64,000 nt of DNA, from the NCBI GenBank assembly GCA_963706285.1, contig CAVPLU010000012.1, forward strand, positions 96,001-160,000, written 5' to 3'. Source of the stretch: Candidatus Bathyarchaeota archaeon (lineage in GTDB: Archaea > Thermoproteota > Bathyarchaeia > 40CM-2-53-6). The notes under the pieces are model-generated. The model was not told where the DNA came from. It was given only the letters and a program-made list of their open reading frames with translations, and ran no database searches. Below are positions 40,557-50,135 of this stretch, piece after piece. The translations under genes were made by a program, and so were the position numbers. Position 1 is the stretch's first letter, and every line of letters starts with the position of its first letter.

Positions 40557-42360
40557 CATGAAATTCATGCCGGGTCCCATTACGAATTGCCTCAGTTGTC
40601 TTTCTTTGCTTAGTATTCATTTCCCCTCTCATCACCGGAGGCACGGCGTGGAGTGCAGCCAGGTCCTCGACACATGCATCTGAGGTCACAAATGATTCGA
40701 AGCTCATGTCGATAACTCCATGGAAGCCGAGGCCAGTTCTGGGACCCCAGGACACCATCGTTCTCCTTGTGCAATTCCAGGACGTCAGGTTTCGGAGTTC
40801 GATCACAGATATTCATTCCCTGGTTGATCATGTTGACAAGTGGTTCAGAAGATCATCCTATGACAAAATGTACATCAACTACTCGATCTATGAGCATGTC
40901 CTCACGCTTTCCGACAGGATGTCCTCATACGGTGCGCCTAAAGCAGGGGACCAGCGAGGAGATGATTCCACTAGAAGTGAGAGGTATGTGAGCGACACAC
41001 TCAACCTAGTCATGTCCCAGGAGAACTTGAATCTGGAAGACTACAAGCATGTTGTGCTAGTTCATGCTGGCGGCGATGAAGCAGATACCGGCAACCCAAA
41101 TGAGATTTGGAGTCACTGTGACTGCGTGGGACCGATTGCCGATGAGGACCCCAGCAATGAAGCACCCTGGGTGCTCTCTGATTCTGGAAGGATAACTCAC
41201 GCATTCTGGGGTATTTCGACTTTCAGTGAAGACGAGCCGTGGGCGGTCTTCGTGCACGAGTTCACGCATAGTCTGGGCGTGTCGGACCTCTATGTGTACG
41301 GTTCCGACGGATACTCGGAGAGTCCGGGAATTGGATTCTGGTCAAACATGGCAACAGGTGCTTTCTTGGACCCGCCTTCTGATATTGACGGATGGAGCAA
41401 ATACATCCTAGGCTGGATCGATGCCGTCACGATCGGTTCGCCTCAGGGCGAATACACGATTCACACGCTTGACTCAGTCCAAGACCCCAAGGCACTGCTA
41501 ATAGAGATCAAGGGCAACGAGGACGAATACTATTTCGTTCATGCACGTCGGAGGGCGGAAACAGATGCTGCCTTGCCGAGCGAAGGAGTCCTTGTCTTTA
41601 GGGTGAATCGTTGGCGTGATGTAAGTCTCGCAGGCGAGGAGTTGGCTGTCCTCTACGACGCAAACCCTGACACACCCCGAGAATGCAATAACTACGAAGG
41701 CGATGGACGTGAACTCTGCAAGTTGCTGGACGCTCCCTACAACGTAATGGGGAAGCAGTATCAATTCAGCTACTATGACTTGTCAGCCAACCTTCTTCTG
41801 AACGATAACGGTTTCTGGGACGAGAATGCCCGAATTGCGTTCAAGGTTGAGGCCTCTGGAGACGAGGCGTTCAAGATCACGTTAGGCGGCTCGCCCGATG
41901 AAGTGGGCATAACAGTAACAACGACTAGCACAACAGGAACAACTGAAGGAGGAACGCAGGGTTGCATCATAGCAACCGCGGCTTATGGTTCAGAGATGGC
42001 ATCCGAAGTTGTCTACATGCGCTTCGTCCGTGACAAGCTGATAGGTTCGACAAGTGTGGGCAGCACGCTTGTCGGGGGCTTCAATGCATTCTACTACTCA
42101 TGGAGTCCTCCAATAGCCAAAGCGATTGCTCCGAATTTCATTTTGCGAGCAATCTTCCGAGTCCTCTTGGTACCTCTTGTATGGATAGTACACGTTACAG
42201 CTGGGATTGTACACTGCGGTGGTGCAAATATCCGGTAGCGCAGACATCGCGTCTATGGTAGCGTTTCTGCTTGCAGCGTTCATGTCCGTGATGTGTTACG
42301 TCGCTTTGCCAATCTTTGCCACAAAGAAATTCTTGGATTCAATGAGGATGCGCCGTCTGA
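40557..42360 (+). CDS. Secreted M6 (immune inhibitor A-like) metalloprotease with CFI-box-CTERM domain (frameshifted at both ends)
   Basis: VLLVQFQD, VHAGGDE, IWSH, HEFTHSLGVSDLY, WSKYILGW; Thr linker, then GCIIATAAYGSEMA.EV..MR..RD...FNAFYYSWSP. Confidence 0.9.
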
Positions 42361-42571
42361 ATCTACGACACTGATAGTGTCCAGACCATCCAAATCCGGT
42401 GCCTGTTGCGGACCTTTCCTCCGCAAATTTCGCGACTTGGCTGCTCGAATAGGCTCTGCAACTTCACCATATTCGCAAGTTGACTGTTCACAGCATTGTG
42501 GCGCTCAGATTCGATTTCTCCAGCCCTGCATTATTCGCCAGTAGATAGAGGAACTCCATCCCGACAAACGG

Positions 42572-43804
42572 CTAGTAGACTTTCTCTTCGGTCCGTTGCG
42601 CTTCCGGAGCATCTGCTTCAGTCTCCCGCACTTGCGATTTCGTCGCAAGAAGTTCGCGGTAGTACTCGTGTTGTATTATGAGATCCATGACTTCATTCGT
42701 TCCAGTCCAGATCATGATCAGCCTCGTGTCTCGCAGGAGACGCTCGATTGGGTAGACGTTGGTGTAGCCTATGCCGCCCATAATTTGCATGGCATGGTTG
42801 ATCACCTGCCAAGCTGCATCAGTCGAGAATTTCTTTGCTTCGGAAACCAAACGTCGGCAGCGGCCTGGATCATCGTTCGCGTCTACGCAGCTGGCAGCAG
42901 CATGCACAAGTCCTCGTGCAGCATCAAGCAAGGTAACAGAATCAGCCACTTTGAAACTGACTGCTTGGAACCTGCGTATGTTCTCGCCGAATGCCTTGCG
43001 TTTGTCTGAATATCGTGCCGCAACTTCGAGCCCGGCGCGCCCCATTCCGATGGCTCCGGCGGCGCTGGTCATCCGCTCCGGAATCATCATACGGTAGAAG
43101 ATGTCGCTCGCACAGTTCTCCTTGCCAACGAGGTTCTGGGCGGGCACTTCGACGTCGCGTAAGACTAGACGTCCAGTTCCGCCACCTCTGGTTCCCAGCA
43201 ACCCGTAGAGGTATTCTGCGTCGACCCCCGTTCCTCGCTCGACAATGAACGCACTGATTGACTGGTGTGGTGGACCGTCAGGCTTGGTTCGGGCGTAAAC
43301 TAGGAAAAAGTCGGATTTCGCTGCCCCCACAATGAAACGTTTCTCACCGCGTAAAACGTAGTAGTCGCCTTTTCGTCGGGCCTCGGTCGTTGTTCCGAAA
43401 AAGTCTGAACCGCCTCGTGGTTCAGTCAAAGCTTCAGCGGCAACCCTCTCACCAGCTACCAGCGGCGTAAGCCAGTGTTCCTTCTGTTCGTCAGTTCCGA
43501 ATGCGTTAAGCGCCTCACCGACGATGCTTGGCATCACATAGGCGCAGGCAAGTGATGTACCAAGGACGCCGACTTCTTCTATTGCAACAATCTCGTCCTT
43601 CCACCCGAGTCCTCGGCCGCCGTACTTTGAGGGGAAACGTAAACCCAAAAGTCCTCGCCGTCCGGCTTCTCGAACATAGTCGCGCGGGTATTGTATTCGG
43701 TCAGCATCCATGTCTAGGATCAGCTGACGAGGCACAGACCGGACGAACTCTCGGACCTCATCCCGTAACTTCCGCTGATCCGCGGTCAATATTGGCTCAA
43801 ACAT
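42572..43804 (-). CDS. Acyl-CoA dehydrogenase
   Basis: [42 protein letters not shown]. Confidence 0.93.
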   Translation of the reverse strand: MFEPILTADQRKLRDEVREFVRSVPRQLILDMDADRIQYPRDYVREAGRRGLLGLRFPSKYGGRGLGWKDEIVAIEEVGVLGTSLACAYVMPSIVGEALNAFGTDEQKEHWLTPLVAGERVAAEALTEPRGGSDFFGTTTEARRKGDYYVLRGEKRFIVGAAKSDFFLVYARTKPDGPPHQSISAFIVERGTGVDAEYLYGLLGTRGGGTGRLVLRDVEVPAQNLVGKENCASDIFYRMMIPERMTSAAGAIGMGRAGLEVAARYSDKRKAFGENIRRFQAVSFKVADSVTLLDAARGLVHAAASCVDANDDPGRCRRLVSEAKKFSTDAAWQVINHAMQIMGGIGYTNVYPIERLLRDTRLIMIWTGTNEVMDLIIQHEYYRELLATKSQVRETEADAPEAQRTEEKVY

Positions 43805-44128
43805 GATCACCCATTTGCAGCTGAATCATATTTGTAGTAGTATCCAAGTCGGAGAGAACGATACGAGTGTGTACGAAGTAAAACCACAGCTGCAGCTAAT
43901 GGTAACGATACTACAACCTTACCAAGCTTAGCGTGCCGCACTTTCAATGAGTTCGGGATGCATGAAAGATCTAGCAGGGGGAGGAGACTGACTCGAGGCT
44001 TGAGATGCCTCTTAGCAGCAACTCCTGGCAAATCTGTAGACTGCTAGGAGCTGTGAAGGAGCCCTGTAAGAGTGAAGGATAAAGACTCTTCCAAGACTTA
44101 AGAAGGGAATCCTAGGATACGTGAAACC

Positions 44129-45382
44129 ATGCCCTCGAAAGTAAAGGATCCATCTCTTTCGCAACAAGGAATGCTCAAAATAGAATGGGCAGAATCTCGT
44201 ATGCCTGTCCTTATGGCTTTGAGAAAGAAAGCATTGAGAAATCGACCGTTGAAAGGTATGAGAATCGGCGGTTGCCTTCACGTTACGAAAGAGACGGCAG
44301 TTCTGGTAAGAGCTATCCGAGATGCAGGCGCAGAGGCGGCTTGGTGTGGCTGTAACCCGCTTTCGACCCAAGATGATGTCGCTGCCGCATTGGCGAAGGA
44401 AGGCGTGTCCGTGTTCGCTTGGCGAGGATTGTCCACACCTGAGTACTACTGGTGCGTCAACCAAGTGCTTGACTGCAAACCTCAGCTCACGCTTGACGAC
44501 GGAGCCGATTTGGTCTTCACGATTCATCAAGAACGAGCCGATCAGATAAGCGGAGTAATCGGGGGAACTGAAGAAACCACAACGGGCGTTCATCGCCTCC
44601 GCGCCATGGCAGATCAAGGCAATCTGAAATATCCGATTATGGCAGTGAACGACGCCAAAGTCAAGTCTGATTTCGACAACGTCTATGGAACGGGCCAGTC
44701 TTCTCTGGACGGAATCCTGAGAGCTACAAACGTGCTCCTGAGCGGTAAGAGTTTCGTGGTCGCAGGATACGGACACTGCGGACGAGGTCTGGCAACCAGA
44801 GCAAAGGGGATGGGATCCAATGTCATCGTCTGCGAGGTCGATCCTTTGAATGCTCTCAAGGCAGCAATGGATGGCTTTCGGGTCATGCCGATGGCCGAAG
44901 CTGCCGCTGTGGGAGACATTTTCGTCACAGCAACCGGCTGCAAAGATGTCATCACCGAGAAACAGATGAAACGCATGAAAGACGGATCCATTCTCTGTAA
45001 CACAGGTCACTTCAATGTTGAGATCGCAGTGAAAGACCTTGAACGTTTGGCAAAGAAGAAGCGGGAAATCAGACCAAACAACGTAGAGTACACGTTGCGA
45101 GATGGTCGCAGGATCTATCTTCTTGCCGACGGAAGGCTTGTCAATCTAGGTGCAGCGGAAGGGCATCCTTCGGAGGTAATGGACATGAGCTTCGCTACCC
45201 AGTTCATGTCGCTGATCTACTTAGCTGAGAAAGGTAGAGACCTTCAACCCGGGGTGTATCCGGTTCCGGAAGAACATGAACGAGAGATCGCAAGGACAAA
45301 GCTTGCAACTATGGGAATGAAGATAGACACTTTGACAGGCGACCAAGATCGTTACTTGCATGACTACCGCGAAGGCACTTAG
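44129..45382 (+). CDS. ahcY: Adenosylhomocysteinase
   Basis: CLHVTKET, NPLSTQD, EETTTGV, KSDFDNVYGTG, GRLVNLGAAEGHPSEVMDMSF. Confidence 0.97.
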   Translation: MPSKVKDPSLSQQGMLKIEWAESRMPVLMALRKKALRNRPLKGMRIGGCLHVTKETAVLVRAIRDAGAEAAWCGCNPLSTQDDVAAALAKEGVSVFAWRGLSTPEYYWCVNQVLDCKPQLTLDDGADLVFTIHQERADQISGVIGGTEETTTGVHRLRAMADQGNLKYPIMAVNDAKVKSDFDNVYGTGQSSLDGILRATNVLLSGKSFVVAGYGHCGRGLATRAKGMGSNVIVCEVDPLNALKAAMDGFRVMPMAEAAAVGDIFVTATGCKDVITEKQMKRMKDGSILCNTGHFNVEIAVKDLERLAKKKREIRPNNVEYTLRDGRRIYLLADGRLVNLGAAEGHPSEVMDMSFATQFMSLIYLAEKGRDLQPGVYPVPEEHEREIARTKLATMGMKIDTLTGDQDRYLHDYREGT

Positions 45383-45396
45383 CTGGAACCCGAAAC

Positions 45397-46365
45397 CTAT
45401 AGCGTGACTTTGACTCTGCCCTCTTCAGATTCTCTAACGAGAACCAGCGAGACGCTATCGCCGGCTTTTCGCGTTCTTATCTCTTTCTGAAGATCTTCCA
45501 TAGAAGTCACCTCTTTGTCACCAATTGCGACTATTACATCGCCTGAGCGCAATTGTGCGCGTTCTGCTGGGCTTTCTGGGATGATTTGCATCACGATCAC
45601 TCCAGAATCAGCTGCCAAATTGAACCTTCGTGCGACTTCTCGGGAAACGTCGAGCCCAATGACTCCTAACCAAGGTCGGGTGACCCGACCATATTTCACA
45701 ATATCTTCTAGCACCGCTTTTGCTGTATTGACCGGAATTGCGAACCCTATGCCTTGAGCTCCGGGGATGTGAGCGGTGTTGATTCCAATCACTTTGCCTG
45801 CCAAGTTGAGCAATGGGCCGCCGCTATTGCCGGGGTTGATTGATGCGTCTGTCTGAATCAAGTTCTCGTACACTCTTTCTGCTAGAATATGGCGGTTCAG
45901 AGCGCTGACAACGCCGACTGTGACCGAGGGACCGCCGACCAGTCCAAACGGGTTCCCGATAGCGATCACTGTTTGTCCTACTCGCAGTTCACTTGAATCT
46001 CCCAGCTCGGCGAGAGGCAAATCGCGTGCATTGATTCTCACAACGGAAAGATCGTTGGCGGGATCTGAGCCTACCAGTTTTCCCTCGAACGCTCTGCCGT
46101 CTGTCAAAGCGACCTCGATCTCACCTGAACCAATAGTGATGTGATGATTAGTCAGTATGTGTCCTTGATCGTCAATTATGAATCCTGAACCGAGCCCGCG
46201 AGCCGGATGCACATGGAGGAACGCGTCCCTTTCAAAGCGAATAGTATTGATGTTGACCACGCTTGTCTCAACTTTTGCTATCGCTGCGATAACATCGTCA
46301 TCGTTTGGCACTAGCCATTCCTCGCTCAGCACATAGGGCGTCTGCTGAAAAAGGTGCCGAGACAC
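45397..46365 (-). CDS. HtrA/DegP-like trypsin protease with PDZ domain
   Basis: GSGFII, LTNHH, D-L-S-V, IQTDASINPGNSGGPL, RPWLGV; no obvious signal peptide or TM. Confidence 0.92.
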   Translation of the reverse strand: MSRHLFQQTPYVLSEEWLVPNDDDVIAAIAKVETSVVNINTIRFERDAFLHVHPARGLGSGFIIDDQGHILTNHHITIGSGEIEVALTDGRAFEGKLVGSDPANDLSVVRINARDLPLAELGDSSELRVGQTVIAIGNPFGLVGGPSVTVGVVSALNRHILAERVYENLIQTDASINPGNSGGPLLNLAGKVIGINTAHIPGAQGIGFAIPVNTAKAVLEDIVKYGRVTRPWLGVIGLDVSREVARRFNLAADSGVIVMQIIPESPAERAQLRSGDVIVAIGDKEVTSMEDLQKEIRTRKAGDSVSLVLVRESEEGRVKVTL

Positions 46366-46729
46366 TATCAGATCGGATCAGTCATGCTCAATTCTCATGC
46401 TCTTGCCCGAATAATATTGTCTTCACGATTTTCAGAACGAATACGCGCTTTTTGGGCGCACAGTGTTACCGATTCACGGCATCATTGACCTTTTAGGCCT
46501 ATAAGTGCCTCTAAATCTGAATTAGATGCTATTTTACGAGCTAATGAGCTGCTACGAGGGCCTCAACTTCAGGGCTATATCGTCCTTTTGGAGAATATTT
46601 ATATCAGACGATTATGACGCTAATATGCCTTCCGACCAAATGGCCGCCTTCCGTTCCCGAAAGCGTTGTGGAGGTTCGTTTTGGCGACAGATGGTGCAGG
46701 CACGTCATAGTATGAAGAGTGGAGAAGAA

Positions 46730-47656
46730 ATGGCCGCAACAACCAAGAAGATTGGAAAGATAACGAACTGCCCCGAGTGCGCGAGCAGCAACCTTGTCGA
46801 GGACTTTGACCTAGGCGAGGTTATCTGTCAGAATTGCGGCCTCGTTCTGAGTGAGCATGCAATCAATCGTGGACCCGAGTGGCGGGCTTTTACAAAAGAA
46901 GAGAGAGATGAAAGGGGGCGCGTCGGCCTTCCGACTTCATTCTCTATTCACGACAAGGGCCTCTCGACTGTCATCGACAGAGTAAATCGAGATGCCTATG
47001 GACGTCAGTTGCCTCTGGCGACACGCCTTGAGATGCTGAGGCTTCGAAAATGGCAGATCAGGACACGCGTTCATTCATCCGCTGATCGAAACCTTGCTCA
47101 GGCAATGGCTGACTTGGACAGACTAACCGACAAGCTTCACATCCCCAACCCCATCAAGGAGAGAGCTGCCGTCATCTACCGGAAAGCTCTAGAGAGCGGA
47201 CTTGTAAGGGGAAGATCGATCGCTGCAATCGCAGCAGCCTCTCTCTATGCCGCATGCAGACTTTCGGAGACACCAAGGACACTCAAAGATCTCGCCGCAG
47301 CTACCCGCATACGCAAGAAAGACGTCGCTCGATGCTACCGACTTCTCGTGAGAGAGCTTGACCTAAGAATGCCAGTCGAAGATCCGGTCAAATGTGTTTC
47401 AAAGATCGCAACGAAAGTCGATATCAGTATGCCGACACAACGACGAGCCATGGACATTATCAACGAAGCACGAAGGAAAGGAATTGTTGCAGGCAAGGAC
47501 CCGATGGGTCTAGCCGCCGCAGCACTGTATGTTGCATGCGTGCTGGAGCAAGAGAAGAAAACTCAGAAAGAGATCGCTGAAGTCGCGAATGTGACCGAGG
47601 TCACCGTCCGCAATAGATACAAGGGGCTCAAGGAATCTCTCAAGCTCAACGTGTAA
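46730..47656 (+). CDS. tfb: Transcription initiation factor B
   Basis: CPEC...CQNCG ribbon, GPEWRAF, two cyclin repeats, VTEVTVRNRY. Confidence 0.97.
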   Translation: MAATTKKIGKITNCPECASSNLVEDFDLGEVICQNCGLVLSEHAINRGPEWRAFTKEERDERGRVGLPTSFSIHDKGLSTVIDRVNRDAYGRQLPLATRLEMLRLRKWQIRTRVHSSADRNLAQAMADLDRLTDKLHIPNPIKERAAVIYRKALESGLVRGRSIAAIAAASLYAACRLSETPRTLKDLAAATRIRKKDVARCYRLLVRELDLRMPVEDPVKCVSKIATKVDISMPTQRRAMDIINEARRKGIVAGKDPMGLAAAALYVACVLEQEKKTQKEIAEVANVTEVTVRNRYKGLKESLKLNV

Positions 47657-47676
47657 CTGGGCAGTTCGTTATCACA

Positions 47677-47690
47677 CCCTTTTTTTCTTT
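47677..47690 (+). terminator. Oligo-T terminator after tfb
   Basis: CCCTTTTTTCTTT about 20 nt after the stop. Confidence 0.55.
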
Positions 47691-47827
47691 GGCATCCTCT
47701 GTTGCCGAGGAATGGAATGCCACACGTTGCCCGGCAAGTCAAGGATTTGTCATTCGCAACTGCTTATCGTACGAGCCGCAATTAGTCAGCAGGCCCGCTG
47801 ACCGTGATGAACACCAGATGGATCCTG

Positions 47828-48058
47828 CTATGTGACCTGTTCTTTGTTATCGGAAGCTTCTTGAACAGAGTCCGGCAATTTAACCTCTAGAACTAGTCTT
47901 CCTGCGTAGCCGCATTGATTGCACAGATACAGTGGCGGCATGAGCCACCCGTCCATCCCGCTTGATTTGCGGATGTTCAGACTTCCACATCTCGGACATG
48001 CTGCGGTGGATTCACTGCGACCCTTTAGCGACTTAACTACCTCGATGAAACGGTTCAC
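47828..48058 (-). CDS. Small zinc-ribbon protein
   Basis: CPRCGS...GWLMPPLYLCNQCGY.G..VLE. Confidence 0.8.
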   Translation of the reverse strand: MNRFIEVVKSLKGRSESTAACPRCGSLNIRKSSGMDGWLMPPLYLCNQCGYAGRLVLEVKLPDSVQEASDNKEQVT

Positions 48059-48082
48059 CTTTGCATCCCGGCAAATGATCGC

Positions 48083-48391
48083 TTAGTGTATCTCGATGCT
48101 TGTTTCAGGAAAGCCTTGTTGTACGAGTATTTTTCGAACTTTGTCGCGATGATCGCCCTGCAGTAGTATCAGGCTGTCTTTTGCAGTTCCTCCGCATGCA
48201 CAATAACTCTTGAGTTTCCCAGCCAGACCGTTGAGGTCAACGCTCTTGGCGTCGATTCCTTCAATGACTGTGGTGGGTTTACCCCATTTCCTTGTCTCAA
48301 GGCGGACCTTCACAAGCTGTTGTTCCATGCTGATGGTGCCGCATACGCAAAGATCCTTTGGGAGACCGCAGGTCGAACAGACATCCGCCAT
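48083..48391 (-). CDS. Translation initiation factor aIF1 (SUI1)
   Basis: CSTCGLPKDLCVC, WGKPTTVIEG, LKSYCACGGT, LQGDHR. Confidence 0.96.
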   Translation of the reverse strand: MADVCSTCGLPKDLCVCGTISMEQQLVKVRLETRKWGKPTTVIEGIDAKSVDLNGLAGKLKSYCACGGTAKDSLILLQGDHRDKVRKILVQQGFPETSIEIH

Positions 48392-48560
48392 TATGGGACT
48401 CTAATGCTCCTTGACTTGGTGACCAGGCGTTAGCACTTAGAACGTATTTAAAGGTACTCACATATTCAACCTTCACGATCTTTCCTGAAAAGTAGAGGTT
48501 CGAGATAGAATTCCTTCCACACGAATCTTTTTTCGAATCGATCTGAGGTTCTTGCTACGG

Positions 48561-49735
48561 ATGTCTTTGCCTGCGAATCTCACGGCTGAAGCGAAAGCCA
48601 AGTGGAACAAGGCTCAGCAGGCAAGAACAATCAAAGAGAAGATCATAGCGCTGCAGGAATTCTTATCTGCAATTCCAAAACACAAGGGAAACGAACGCCT
48701 TCGTGCACAGACAAAGCGGAAGATTGCTCTACTGAAAGCGGAAACCCAGGCCAAGCGCAAGCCAGTAGGGATTAGGATTGCCGAACGAGGCATACAAGAA
48801 GGCTGGCGCCGCACAGATCGTGATCCTTGGGCTAACGAAAGTCGGACGAAGCAGTTTGCTAGGCGCCGTCACTGGCGCCAAACCGGTTGTGGCATCGTAT
48901 CCGTACGCCACTAAAGAGAGCGTGCCTGGAATGCTGCGATTCGAGGACGTGCAGTTTCAACTCGTTGAGCTTCCGGCTCTCGTGCCAGGAAACGAGGAGG
49001 AATTTGTGTTTCAGGAAGGCTCCGCGGATCTAGTCCGCAACTCTGATGGCCTCATCGTGATGGTAGACCTAGGTGCTGATCCTGTCAAACAGTTGGACGT
49101 CATACTCGCTGAACTTGTGCGCTCGCAAGTCAGCCCAGAGAAGTTGGAATCGAATGCAGGCATTTCCAAAACGAGATCTGGGGGCGTGCACCTTGTCACC
49201 ACTGGTCGCCTCTTGGCTGCACACGCGAAGAAATCGCGTCATTGCTGAAGAACTACGGTATCTCGAACGCAATTGTCCGAACAACGGGAGATGTGACACT
49301 TGACAATATCGAGGATGTGATTCTTGAAACCAACCTCGTCTACAAACCTACAGTTGTCATTGCCAACAAGGCAGATTTGCCGCATGCTTTGGAAAGACAT
49401 AGACAACTTCTGGACATCGTGGGCTCGAAGATGCATATTCTTGCGGTTTCATCCCACACTGGGATTGGACTCTCAAGTATTGGAAGGAACTCTTTGAGGC
49501 CTTGGATCTTGTCCGAGTCTATACTAGAGAACCGAATGCCACTCGTCCGTCACCCGACCCCTTCATCATTGGGAAAGGCTCAACGGTTGGGGAGCTAACT
49601 CACAAGATACACAGCGCACTCTTCAATGATTTTGGGTACACGCGAATTTGGGGCAAGAGTGTAAGCTATGGTGGGGAACGCGTTGGAATCGGGCACATCC
49701 TCTCCGACGGGGACGTTGTGGAGATACACGCGTGA
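48561..49735 (+). CDS. DRG/OBG-family GTPase-like protein with TGS domain (frameshifted)
   Basis: PANL..EA, IPKHKGNE.LR, GAAQIVILG, YPYAT, ANKAD, RVYTREP, LSDGDVVEIH. Confidence 0.88.
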
Positions 49736-49762
49736 ATGACTTCAGGAGCACATAGTCGCCGG

Positions 49763-49852
49763 TTAGATTGTCGAGCGACGACGTCTCTTGATGTTTTTTA
49801 CGCGCCAGAATCCGCTTGCGTCGCGGTAGTATTCGAAAGATTCCATTGACAT
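49763..49852 (-). CDS. 29-aa basic microprotein (not in the ORF track)
   Basis: MSMESFEYYRDASGFWRVKNIKRRRRSTI with GTGAGG SD 7 nt upstream. Confidence 0.45.
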   Translation of the reverse strand: MSMESFEYYRDASGFWRVKNIKRRRRSTI

Positions 49853-50135
49853 AATTTCGCCTCACACTATACTACGTCAAATTGTGACTTATTCCTTGGA
49901 TCATCTTCTACAGCTGATCCGCAATCGAAATAGCCAGAAAACGCATGGCTCACCTGCACATATGCGTCAACGCAACTGGGAACGCATGCCTAGGATTCGC
50001 AGATGAGGCTCAACAACTAAACTGACTGAGCAACTCCACTTCGATGAATCAACGGTATTTTTGCTTATATCGTATGCTCACTTGATATGCAATCTAGGTC
50101 GGATAGGAACGCGGTGTCGCAGCGCGACCAGACAC

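Noticed and set aside
44012-45010. 332-aa antisense ORF
   Set aside because: Shadow of ahcY on the opposite strand, with no motifs of its own.
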